From positions 124,001-188,000 of the forward strand of contig JAUCBJ010000788.1 of NCBI GenBank assembly GCA_032718475.1: DNA of 64,000 bases. Direction: 5' to 3'. Positions 24,126 to 35,449 of the stretch are shown piece after piece. The DNA comes from Nemertoderma westbladi (lineage: Eukaryota > Animalia > Xenacoelomorpha). The position numbers and the translations under genes were made by a program. The notes under the pieces were generated by a model. It was given only the letters and a program-made list of their open reading frames with translations, had not been told where the DNA came from and ran no database searches. Within the stretch, counting starts at the first letter, position 1. Each line of letters opens with the position of its first letter.

Positions 24126-27100
24126 TTAAGTAGGGAACTTATCACCTCTCGTAGAGTCAACACTGTCATTGCCTTCGAGAAGGCACAGCCTCTGGATAGG
24201 GCGTTGGTAGTGGCCCTTTGCCATTCGTATCGTCACAGTCCTCGCAAGTCCGTCTTTGCTCGGGTGTATTGTCACAACTCGCGCCACAGGCCAGTGGACG
24301 CGGTCTTTAAGGTCTTCTTTTACTAGTACCATGTCGCCAACTTCGACATTCCTGTAGGTGTTGTTCCACTTCCTCCTGGTCCGGAGGGTTATGAGGTACT
24401 CCTGGGCCCAGATTCTCCACCAATGCGCTGCCAACGCTTGGGCCTTCTTCCAGTTTGTATGTCTCGCGATATCGTTGGGATAATGACATGCGGATAGGGA
24501 CAATGGGTCGGTTGTTCAGGGTAGCCGTGATCTCGCAGAATGTTGTGCGGAGGGTGTCATGGGTTACCCGGATGTCTCCTAGAGCGACGCGCATGGATCG
24601 TTTCACTAGGTCGATCAGTTTCTCCCATACCCCGCTCGTATGGGCTGCTAAGGGGGTCTGGAAGTGCCACTGTATCTGGTGTTCCTTCCAGACTTGGGAT
24701 GCGGTGTTATCGGTAAACCATCCCTCGATCGCCTCTCTAAGTTCTCTTTCTCCTCCCACAAAGTTTGTGCCATTATCGGAATACATGTGACGACATGTCC
24801 CATTGCTTGCCACGAACCGACGCAGAGCGTTGATGAATGCGTGTTGCGTAAGGTTCACCACAATGTCTAGATAGATTGCCCTAGACCTAAGGCACGTAAA
24901 TATGGCCCACCAGCATTTGATGTTGGATCGTCGTTCGATGACCGTAAACGGTCCGAAACAGTCCACTCCGGTGATGTAGAACGGTGGGGAATCGGGCTGT
25001 AGACGGGTGGCTGGTAAGTCGGCCATCTTTTGTGTGAGTGGTGGCGCTAAATATCTTCTGCAGGTAAAGCAACGTTTCAACACTTTCCGGATCAGTGGCT
25101 GGATGTGTGTGATCCAATATCTTTGTCTTATATTAGCTATAATCCAGTTTTGTCCTGCGTGATGGTTTTCCTCGTGACATTGTTGAATTAATAGCTTGGC
25201 TAGTGTCGAAGTTCCAGGCAGAAGCGCCGGGTATTTAACCTCATATTCGACCGGGGCATTTGCCATCCGGGTATTCAGTCGGATCAGTCCGTCCTCTCCC
25301 ATCATTGGTCTCAGTTGGTAGACTGGGCTGTCCGGTTTCAAGGTCTTGCCCGCACTGAGTTGTTCCCACTCATCGGGGAAACTTTCTCTCTGGACATATC
25401 CAACGATACACCTCTCCGCGATAATGAGTTCTTGTATACTCCGTTGAACTATCGGCTTGTTGTCTTTCCACCGTAGGAAGTTGCGAAGGGTTATAACGTG
25501 GTGGATGAGCCGTCTCATTGATGAAGTTCGCTCGATCAACAGATGTAAAGACGCCGCTGGTTGAATGATCGTCGCAACGTTATAGTGCCTGCCCGAGTCC
25601 TTTGCAGGCTCAGTCAGACAACTATAAATTTCCACTGCGTTGCTTCTATGGACTTTACGGATCTCTTTATCGTCCTCGGAGTATTTTCCGCTATCGAGTT
25701 CAGGGTCGAATCGGGTACTCCATGTTAATTGTGGCTGCTGTAGGAATTCCGGGCCTGTAAGCCAGAGTTTACTTTTACCGAGTTGTTTTGGGGTGGCGCC
25801 TCGGCTTGATAAGTCCGCTGGATTTTCTTTCCCGTTTATGTGGTGCCACTGTTCTCGGCCGGTACACTGTTTTATCTCCGTGGCTCGGTTCTCTACAAAC
25901 GTAGTGTGACGTCGGGATGGAGAGTGGAGATAGTAGAGAACGATACTCGAATCGACCCAGAAGTGTTGAGATTCGATGGGGATTCGTAGGTTCCGCATGA
26001 CCATGCGGTTCTGTCTCACTGCCCAAACTGTAGCCTGTAGCTCGAGTCTTGGAATCGTTGCTACGAATTCCCCGGATACTGTCTTGGCTTTAGAAAATAA
26101 AAAGCTCGTATCGCCGTTTCCGTCGTTGCTTAGTCTTCGTAAGAAGGTGACTACGCCGATTCCGGTATTCGAAGCATCCGAGAAGGTATGGAGCTGGAAG
26201 ATATTGGTGGGTAGTTTATCGAGGAAGAACGGTCGAGGGATCCGCATAAGATGTAGGTGTTCGAGCTGGTCCGTCCATTTTCTCCATTTGACGCTGAGGT
26301 GTGGGGGGAGTTCTTCATCCCATCCCAGTCCTTCTATCCACATTTCTTTAATCAGGTTCATTCTGGCCAAGGTTACCGGAGATATGAAATTTAGTGGGTC
26401 AAAGATTGTGCTTTTTATCGACAAACATCCCCTTTTCATCATAGGCTTGGGTAGGGGTTTATATTTGAAAATAAATTCGTTTGATTCTATGTCCCATTCA
26501 ATACCGAGTACACGGTGTTCCACATCCTCTGAGTACATTTTGTTGTTGTCCAGTCGGATGTCCTCCGGAAACTTTTCCATAAGTTTCTTGTCGTGGGATC
26601 TGAACTTCACGAGTGGGAAACCTCCTTTCTTTAAACATTCTACCATCCCCATTGCTAGCCGATATGCCTCATCCACATTGTCTGCGCCAGCGCATCCGTC
26701 ATCCACGTAGAAGCATCGTCGGATGGTTTCTATGACGGTAGGAGGGAACTCGTTTTCGCACATGGTTGCCGTCTTTTTCAGCATGTCACTACATGCTACC
26801 GGCGAGTCCTTAGTGCCGAAGATCCTGACGATCATACGCATTACGTCTACATCCTTCATTGTAAGTTGACTAATCTCCTGTTGAGTTAGTATTTTATCCG
26901 TCCATAGGATACGTAGACAATCTGAGTCTCTTGGTAGCGTACGAACTTGGTAAAACATGGCTTTGATGTCGCAGGTGAATGCTATCCGGTTTTCCCTGAA
27001 CCTGATCAATACGCCAATGAGTGTACTATATATGTTGGGCCCCGTATAAAGCTGACTATTCAGGGATTTGCCTTGATACATAGCAGCGGCATCATTAACT

Positions 27101-28119
27101 ACTCGGATTTTACCACCCTTCCGGGCTTCTACCACGTAGTGGGTTGGAAGATAATATGTTCTTTTACCCCCTTGCAGTTCATTCCGTGGTACCATTTCTG
27201 CTAATCCGTCGTCGAGATATCCTTGGATTACGGTATTATATTTCTCCTTTATCTCAGGTTGGTCATTCAGCCGGCGTAGAATCCCCTTAAGTCGCCTAAG
27301 GGCCATGTTGGCGTTGTTTGCCATTGGTTTATTTGGGTCCTTCCACAACATGGGGGAACACCAGTGTCCGTCGTTGAACGTGGCCTGGTCCAGGACGTCC
27401 ATACAATATCGATCCTCCTCGGACGGGTTTTCGTCCTTTTCAGCGAACTCTTGGGTCTCTAGATTAAAGTATTTAGTCATCTCTTGCTGGGTTTTTTCGG
27501 TCTCAAGAAATAAATCCTCATCGAGGTCTGTAGCTGAGCAATAACCCACGGATGTTGCATTTTCTTTAATCTGACATTTAGGAAGGTATGTATAGGTGTC
27601 AGTAGTCTCTTCCTTGATGCCGCAGAGGGTCCATCCCATTATTGTTCGTTCAGCGTAAAAGCCGTCATCCTTCTTTATGGATCGGGCGACATCTCCGGTT
27701 GGTATGTGTAATTCCGGTGTATCAAGTCCGATCAGTAGGGTGATGCGGTTTACGTCCAACTGCGGACACCTCAGATCTACATCGTCTCGGTCCAATTGTA
27801 TGAGGGGGGCGTACTCGGCTGATTGTCGGAACCGCACTCGGAGGTCTGTGTGTACCAAGGCGTTCTTGATGGTTAGCTTAACCGTTTCGTAGCCCTTCAT
27901 TACTCCTTCCATCTGGAGTTGCACCTCCCCGGACTCTACCTCTCTGTTATTGGTGATGGTTTGTATGGGCCGTTTACAAGGTTCATATTCTAGGCCGAGT
28001 TGCTCGAGGAAATCCCGGTCGATGATGGTTCCGTCAGACCCGTTATCAAGGAACGCGAGCGTCGTCAGGGATTTGCCGACTCCTTGAATCCTTACTGGGA
28101 TTACCTTTGCGAAGACCAT
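24126..28119 (-). CDS. pol: Element B pol polyprotein (protease, RT, RNase H, integrase; one frameshift near 24480 before the DUF5641-like tail)
   Basis: AFLDNGSDGT, FYVDDG, LHTFSDAS, HHCC zinc finger, GVDCFGP, SDNGTNF, GVWEKL; tail RPIQRLCLLE in ORF 24126-24503. Confidence 0.95.
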
Positions 28120-28160
28120 GTAACGGCGATTTATAAGATTAATCGTGGCTGAAATATTTG

Positions 28161-30662
28161 TTACTTGTGGTGTATCGGTGGAGATTTTAAATGGGTTGGT
28201 TTCTCTCCGTTGGGTTGTCCGGGTTCCTTTAAAAACGTGGTTTGTTTCTCCTCTTCACTTGGCTTCGATCCGAAAGGGGAGGGTGTAGTGAAATCGAAGT
28301 TTGTGGGGATGTGGAGGAGCGTGTGATGACGTAGGTCATTACAGACCGCACAGCACGATCTTTGGTCACAATCCCGAACATAGTGACCTGTTCCAAGACA
28401 CCGGAAGCATCCTCGGTGTTTCATTATCGCCTCGAAGCGTGGGACGAGTTCGGCGAACTGGAACTTCCTGCAGAATTCCACTTTATGTTTCTCTCCACAG
28501 AAGAGACAGAGGAGGGAGTTTGTGATGCCTTCCCTCTCGCGTGCCCAATTCGCAAGGTAACACGCCCATTCCTCGGCTGATGTCGGTTCCTCGTAGTCTT
28601 CGTCGTCGGAATCCTCGGCCATGGTGGTGGCCATCGTAATCACCGGAGGAGGGCAAAATCTCGGTTTCTGAGTGGGTGTCTTACTCCTGGAGTTGTTCTC
28701 TATTCCGTCCAACTTGGCGAGACTCTGTTTCGAGAACATCGAGTCATTCATGGCTTCAGAGATATCGTCCAGGAATGCTGACATTTCGAGGAAGCTGGGA
28801 TCTCGATCTGGGTGTCTGCGCCAGAGATCTACGCATTTATACGCCCACTTACTTTGTAACCATCCGGGGAATTTCCGGGCGATCTGTCGGAGGTTTAGAA
28901 TGTTGTTCACTTGTTCCTCCTTATTTAATGGTTTCAGAGTGTAGTAGGCATCCTTCATCGAGTCCGAGAAATCTTGGATATTCTGTGGGTCCCCTAGGGA
29001 TCCCGCATCCTGGATCAGTTTCTCGAGGGTTTTATTAATTATAGTCCCGATATTTCCGTATCTTTTATCTAGAGTCTTCCATGCGTCATAGTATGCTTCA
29101 TGAGCTCCTCCTTCAAAGCATGCGATAATTCGGCGTGGTTTGTCACCCAGGTATTGTGATAAATATACCAGTTTCTGTGCGTCGGCTATGTCCGTTGATC
29201 CAATCTGCGCAAAGAACCGTTTCTTGAATCTGAGGTAATCGACGGGATCTCCTTCGAAGGTGCGGATCTCCATCTTGGGCATGGAGAGGCGGTTTTCCAA
29301 TGCCCGGATAATGCCGACGTCGTCAGAACTGGAATGACTAGGGGGGTTATAATTATCGGCACTCTCTCCCATACACGATGGATCGATGATAGGTGGAGTT
29401 TTAATGATGACGCGGCTACGGCTTTGTGGTGTGGACGTAAACAGGTTGTTGGATCGGGGAGTGGCGATCCGTTCCGAGTCCTTTTCAGGCTCGTACTTGG
29501 GGACGCTCGGGACCGTAGAAGTGGCTGGGATATAAGGTTCCTCATTCTTTAGCGTAGCCGGTGGGAGATGGAACACCAGTGCTTGTGCCGATAACGTAGA
29601 CTGTATGGTAGGCGGGAACTCGGGTTTCGGGGGTTTCACCGCCGGTGTCGTTAATGACTTTTCTAATTCCGGTACCGGTATTGGTTCATAATTCTGATCT
29701 ATATCCCTTTCCCAGTCCTCGTAGAGTTGAATATCTCGTTCTATAAGTGCGGCTTCGTACTCCGCGAGTTTCGCGATATCCGCATTCTTTTTGTGTATAA
29801 AAATCGCTTGGGCCTCGGCGTGTTGTTTACGCATTTCAGCTTCCCATTTACGTTGTTCGATCTCTTGTTGGGCCTCTCGTTCACGTTGTTTAGCTTCCTG
29901 ATCACGTTGCTCGGCCTGTCGTTTGGCCTCTCGTTCATGTTGTTCAGCTTCCTGTTCACGTTGTTTAGCTTCCTGTTCACGTTGCTCGGCCTGTCGTTTG
30001 GCCGCTTGCTCGGCCTCTTGTTTTTGCATTTCGGTGGCCATTACATCTTGCTCGGTTCGCAGTTGAACATACTCATCTTCCATCCGAGCTTTGAGGGCTA
30101 ATGCCTTCTGTTCTCGTAGCTGATCTCGGAGTGGCGGCCCCCCTTGAGAACTGCGCGCTGAGCAGGATATCTCGCTCCTAGCGCTGGAGCGCTGGTGTCT
30201 TGAGGACCCCGTTTTCTTTCGATGAATTGTGGTCCTGGTGTTGGAGGTTCGCACCGATTCTGCGTCTGTTCTTTCAGTTCTCTTGTAGTACTGTTCTTCG
30301 TAGCCTCTCACGAGGCTAAGGGTCCTCCGGTGTTGTTTGCGGAATTCGTCTAGGCGTGCAACGTGTTCTTCCAATTTGGGATAATTTACCTGGTCAGTGG
30401 CGGGGATGAGTTCTTGGTACGCCTGTATCATTCTCTCATATCTTTGTAAGATACTTTGAATACTCTGAAGCTGAGTTTGTATCTCGTTGAGGGGGGTTTC
30501 GACTCCCTTGAGTTGTTTCTCTATACGTTGATACGCTCGTGTGACTCCGCCTTTGAGAGCACCTAGTCGACGAGCCATGTTCTTGATGTTCTGTACCTCG
30601 TCGGTTTCCGAGTCTGTGTGGTGATCCATCTCATCGGTATCGGATACGTTATTTGTCGTCAT
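28161..30662 (-). CDS. gag: Element B gag (833 aa)
   Basis: Coiled-coil repeats, MPKMEIRTFEGDPVDYLRF (DUF1759-like), three CCHC knuckles ending CAVCNDLRHHTLLH. Confidence 0.95.
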   Translation of the reverse strand: MTTNNVSDTDEMDHHTDSETDEVQNIKNMARRLGALKGGVTRAYQRIEKQLKGVETPLNEIQTQLQSIQSILQRYERMIQAYQELIPATDQVNYPKLEEHVARLDEFRKQHRRTLSLVRGYEEQYYKRTERTDAESVRTSNTRTTIHRKKTGSSRHQRSSARSEISCSARSSQGGPPLRDQLREQKALALKARMEDEYVQLRTEQDVMATEMQKQEAEQAAKRQAEQREQEAKQREQEAEQHEREAKRQAEQRDQEAKQREREAQQEIEQRKWEAEMRKQHAEAQAIFIHKKNADIAKLAEYEAALIERDIQLYEDWERDIDQNYEPIPVPELEKSLTTPAVKPPKPEFPPTIQSTLSAQALVFHLPPATLKNEEPYIPATSTVPSVPKYEPEKDSERIATPRSNNLFTSTPQSRSRVIIKTPPIIDPSCMGESADNYNPPSHSSSDDVGIIRALENRLSMPKMEIRTFEGDPVDYLRFKKRFFAQIGSTDIADAQKLVYLSQYLGDKPRRIIACFEGGAHEAYYDAWKTLDKRYGNIGTIINKTLEKLIQDAGSLGDPQNIQDFSDSMKDAYYTLKPLNKEEQVNNILNLRQIARKFPGWLQSKWAYKCVDLWRRHPDRDPSFLEMSAFLDDISEAMNDSMFSKQSLAKLDGIENNSRSKTPTQKPRFCPPPVITMATTMAEDSDDEDYEEPTSAEEWACYLANWAREREGITNSLLCLFCGEKHKVEFCRKFQFAELVPRFEAIMKHRGCFRCLGTGHYVRDCDQRSCCAVCNDLRHHTLLHIPTNFDFTTPSPFGSKPSEEEKQTTFLKEPGQPNGEKPTHLKSPPIHHK

Positions 30663-30850
30663 TGTAGCACCTCGTCGATAGCTAGATATGCGATGTCGTA
30701 AAACAGTTCCTCGTAGGTATTGTACTCAGCTTGGACCACCCGAACGGTAATCCTGAATCGTCCGACGTTCGTTCCTTGTACTTCAACCTCGACGTGCCAG
30801 ATTCCTGGCTCAACTTGGATTATATCAATGGGTGTGATCGATACTTCCAT
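30659..30850 (-). CDS. 63-aa upstream ORF overlapping the gag start (AUGA stop/start)
   Basis: Its TGA overlaps the gag ATG; acidic, beta-strand-like composition; no homology recognised. Confidence 0.35.
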   Translation of the reverse strand: MEVSITPIDIIQVEPGIWHVEVEVQGTNVGRFRITVRVVQAEYNTYEELFYDIAYLAIDEVLQ

Positions 30851-31136
30851 TCCCTGTTAACAACTCTCCAAATATGTGATCTGTCGACTACGAGTTGGTT
30901 AGATTGAGTTTGTTGATTAATTAAACCACGACTTAGTCTTAACTCAAATACCAGAGTTTCCTCGTAGTGGGTGCTGGCAAGCATGTAGAGAGTTTTGAAG
31001 AGTATTGTAGGATTCTCAACTTCCACCATTTGCAGTTGGCCGCGTTTTATTCTCAATTTTGACACCCTGTCAAAATTGACCGTATTAATTCTCAATTTTG
31101 ACACCCTATCAAAATTGACCGTTTAATTCTCAATTT

Positions 31137-32822
31137 TGTTGCCGTTATCCCGACACCAGGGGGGAAAAACGCCGATGCTGGAGGCGGGGCTTTACAGACC
31201 ACGGAGTCCCGGCCAGTCACCGGATATTGATTGTGGAGAAGGAGGAATTTCTTAGATGCAGGATTGCGGTTAAGGAAAAGTTGCATTGGTTGGATATACT
31301 CTTTAATGTAACTTCCTATAGTTGAACCCTGTTCAACATCATTGAACCCTGATTGAGAATTAATTGGGCTTCCCCAAATCAATATACACCAAATATTCAC
31401 AATAATTATACACGACAATATAAATCCCTACAGTATATTATTTAATTACCCACTGTTCGCTCAGATTTTAGCCTAACTAATGTTCCCCAGATTTTCCCTC
31501 GGTCCAAGTCTTGATGCCGTAGTGTCGGATGTCGGTCGACCCTGTCGCGTGTCCGTTCCACCCCTCCCGAACCCCGAAGGGATCGATCATCGAGAACCAG
31601 CACGGCTTGGCTAAGGGTCGGTCCAGTCGGTAGACTCTGTCGCGTATCCGTACCACCCCTCTCGAACCCCGAAGGGATCGGTCATCGAGAACCAGTACGG
31701 CTTGGCTAAGAGTCTGTCGTGTCGGTGGACCCATTCGCGTGTCCGTCCCACCCCTCCCGAACCCTGAAGGGTTCGATCATCGAGAACCCGGCTTGGCTAG
31801 GGGTCCGTCGGTTCATCGCAGAGACCCAACCACCTAGGCTTTCCGAGTCCTTATTCAGGCTCGTAGTCGCTTCGGCAGCCGAGAAACTGCTCCGAACTGT
31901 CGGTAGGCCAGTAGAGTCCAGTCCTTTGTCTTTCAACCCTGTCGCGTGTCCGTCCCACCCCTCACGAACCCTGAAGGGAACGATCATCGAGAACCAGTAC
32001 GGCTTGGCTAAGGGGTCTGTCGTCGGTTCCCGTCGCAAATCCCTAGTACAAGCAGCCGGCGTTACGATGTCCTTTTCAGGCTCGTAATAACTGCTGTTGA
32101 CCAGAGACCGCTAAGGGCAGTCCTCGTCAAACCCTTCCGCCCTTTCGCGTGTCCGTCCCACCCCTCGCAAACCCCGAAGGGATCGGTCATCGAGAACCAG
32201 TACGGCTTGGCTAAGGGGTCTGTCGTCGGTTCCCGTCGCAAATCCCTAGTACAAGCAGCCGGCGTTACGATGTCCTTTTCAGGCTCGTAATAACTGCTGT
32301 TGACCAGAGACCGCTAAGGGCAGTCCTCGTCAAACCCTTCCGCCCTTTCGCGTGTCCGTCCCACCCCTCGCAAACCCCGAAGGGATCGGTCATCGAGAAC
32401 CAGTACGGCTTGGCTAAGGGGGCTGTCGTTTCCCGTCGCAAATCCCTGACACAAGCAGCTGGCGTTTTCAGGCTCGTAATAACTGCTGTTTGCCAGGGAC
32501 CGCTAAGGGCAGTCCTTGTCCTTTAGGCCTGGCGCGTTACCAAATCTACCTCTACAGGCAGCAGGAAGTTGGCCAGGGCCTAATAGTACTCAGGCTAACC
32601 TGAATACTGCTTAATTTTGTCTCCCACCCCTGGCCCTTATAAACATGAAATTATTCCCGTACCCTGTAAGTCGCCCCAATATTCGCCCATAAATCGCCCC
32701 CAGTTCATAGAGTGTGCCCAAAACCCATGGTCCCGCACCCAGTAGTGATATCGGAATAATCATTTTAAATAAATACAAAAAATATTCAACTCGTGTTATG
32801 AAAAGTTGAAATACCGCGAACA
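31137..32822 (-). repeat. Element B 5' LTR (1686 bp) with 6 internal structured repeats
   Basis: Matches 18559-20069 plus an extra tandem copy of about 180 bp; TATA-like TTTATAA near 32637-32643 (minus strand). Confidence 0.97.
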
Positions 32823-34188
32823 ATCTTCGCAACCTTAACCTTGCAGATGACTTTCGCAGTTCGCATAAAGAGATTGGTGTTCTCATTGGGGCAGATTTGT
32901 ACAACAATCTTGTTGATGCTGGAAATGTCCGCAAGGGGCATCTATAAGTGATCAGCCTGTTGCTACAAACTCTGTCTTTGGTTGGTTGTTAACAGGACCA
33001 ATAGAAGAATCCGAAAATATGTCGACAGAAAATACACCTTAGTTGCTAGCAATGATACCTGTGATTGTGCAAGAGAATTAACAAAGATTCTCAAGACATT
33101 TTGGGAATTGGAATTAGCTGGAGTTTCAACTCCTGATCATGTTCATAGCAATTTTTGTAAGGAAATCATGTTTGAAAATGGGCGATACTCAATAAACTTG
33201 CCATGGAAAGACAATGTAGCGCCACTTCAAAATCATTACTCACTTTCACTTGGACGTTTCCAATCATTGGTTAAACGTTTCTTACGCAACCCCACACGTT
33301 ATCATCGTTACAGTGAGGTTCTGAGTGACTACTGTTAACGCGGTTTTTTTGAAGAAGTTAATGACCCAAGTGAATCATGTGGCATCACTCATTATATCTC
33401 TCATCATTGTGTTATAAGGGAAGATCACAACACAACAAAGCTGCGAATAGTATTTGATGGTTGTGCCAGAGACTCAAAACAAGATTTATCACTCAATGTC
33501 ACATTGTATACTGGCCCTTCTCTGGTATCAAATATTGTTTCGATTATGATTCGCTTTCGCTTGTATCAGTATGTACTGTTGGCAGATATTGAAAAAGCAT
33601 TTCTTATGGTTTCAGTAAACTCTGAACATCGTGATGCTTTAAGGTTTTTATGGATGCAGAATCCTTTAGATCAAGCCAATGATACTGTCAAGGTTTATCG
33701 GTGGTGCAGAGTTCCATTTGGATTAAACCCATCCCCTTTCTTATTACATGGTACTGTTAGTCATCATTTATCTGAGGAAAACAAATCACCACATGTCAAT
33801 GATGCTCCTAGTACTGCAATCAATGTACTAGGCAATGATTTGTATGTTCACAACTTGCAAACAGGGGCAGACACAGTCAACAAAATATTATCATTGTATT
33901 ATTATACAAAGACTATGCTCTTGAGAGGTGGATTTAATCTTAGGTCCTGGGAATCAAATTCTCTCCCAGCAAAACACATTATACATGAGTGTGAACAATC
34001 GATTGATAGCGTCCACAAGCCACCTCAAGTCCCAATAAATTCACTTTCCTCCCATTCGTTTACACTCAATCAAATGAACACTGACAATAGCTACATAAAG
34101 GTATTCGGCATTGAGTGGTCACCAATGCAAGATGATTTCAAATACTCATTTAGATATATCCTTCAGTTAATTGACACACTCCCACCTA

Positions 34189-35204
34189 CAGTACCGCTTT
34201 CAAATAACGTCGTATTGGATCCTAATAGGATCCTATTAGGATCCAAGTCACTGATTCACTACTATTGGAGTTAGGATTTAATTGGAAATGAAATTTAGCC
34301 CAAATTCCAGACTTGGAGGCACTTAGGATTTGACTTGGATTTCATTAGGAATTTACTTGGAAATCGGCGCTTACTTTGATGGCTGGAAGGTGGACTGACT
34401 CAGACTATGCTTGTGCTGGTCCACTTCTTCTCTATCCTGTCAATCATTAAGTTGTATAGAATGGAGTAGACTCAGCCAAAAGTTTGCGTAGTGTTCAGTT
34501 CTTTACATTGAGGTATGGTTGTCGATGGAAGATTACACTCCTACTGTACCTTGTATTGCCAGCCTCTGACATAAATAATATTTAAAATATAAACTCTAAT
34601 AGATGAAATCCACACATCCGCACATAGTTAACGTCCGTAGGCTGCTGCTGGTGGGCTCTGGAATAATTTAAAATCGTATTGAACTTACAAATAAATGTAG
34701 GATCACACACTGTATTTATTACTATTGAACATATTTTGAGTAATAAAGAGTAAAACACGATGCTTGTGTAATTATTAATAGAATAAATATTAGTTTATTT
34801 CATAATTAGACAGGGGCTAAAACTGGGCGACTAAATAAATGTATGTTATCCACGGGAAATTTTCATTCCAATATAACAAGTTCCGTATTTAAACATAACA
34901 CCCACAAAGCACATTACACTCTCCAAGCAGATTCCGCAACATGTCACAATCCGTATCGCTACCACTACGAAAAATAAAGCGGACAAAGTAAGCGGATAAA
35001 GTAGACAAAGCGGCTCTCTTTACTACTTTCAGCTATCCCGGGAGGTTGATTGACAAGACACTTCTAAGCTTTGATATTTAGCCGCTCTAGGTAGACTTAC
35101 ATTAGGCAAATTCCAAGTGATTTCCTAAAGGCTATTTATTTCCTATTAGGATCCTATTAGGATCCTATTAGGATCCAATAGGACGTTATTTGAAAGCGTT
35201 ACTA
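34189..35204. mobile_element. Non-autonomous Tc1/mariner-type DNA element (MITE)
   Basis: TIRs of about 40 bp (CAGTACCGCTTTCAAATAACGTC..GGATCCTAATAGGA); TA duplication at 34187-88 and 35205-06. Removing it restores host codons LPPTKRS. Confidence 0.9.
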
Positions 35205-35449
35205 TACTAAACGTAGTATACTCAAGATAACTGGCCGCATCTTTGATCCAATGGTTTTTTTTAGCCCCATTGTCACCCAGTTAAAGGTATTATTTCAAGA
35301 ACTTATTGAATTCAACTGGGACAGTGTATTGTCACCAGATTTAAACAAAAGGTGGAAATCTTTCATTTAAAACCTGGCATCATTAAATGATATTACCATT
35401 CCAAGGATTTACTTTCCAGATTCAAATGCATTTGTTTCTCATTTAGTAT

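Larger units (their letters stand above)
18559..32822 (-). mobile_element. Element B: full-length young BEL/Pao LTR retrotransposon (14.26 kb) with an accessory ORF region
   Basis: Two near-identical LTRs with TG...CA ends; 5-bp TSD ATCTT (18554-18558, 32823-32827); PPT at 20070-20080; long gag and pol ORFs. Confidence 0.98.

Noticed and set aside
34632-34647. 16-bp identity with 16340-16355
   Set aside because: A single 16-mer match is plausible by chance in 64 kb and does not extend.
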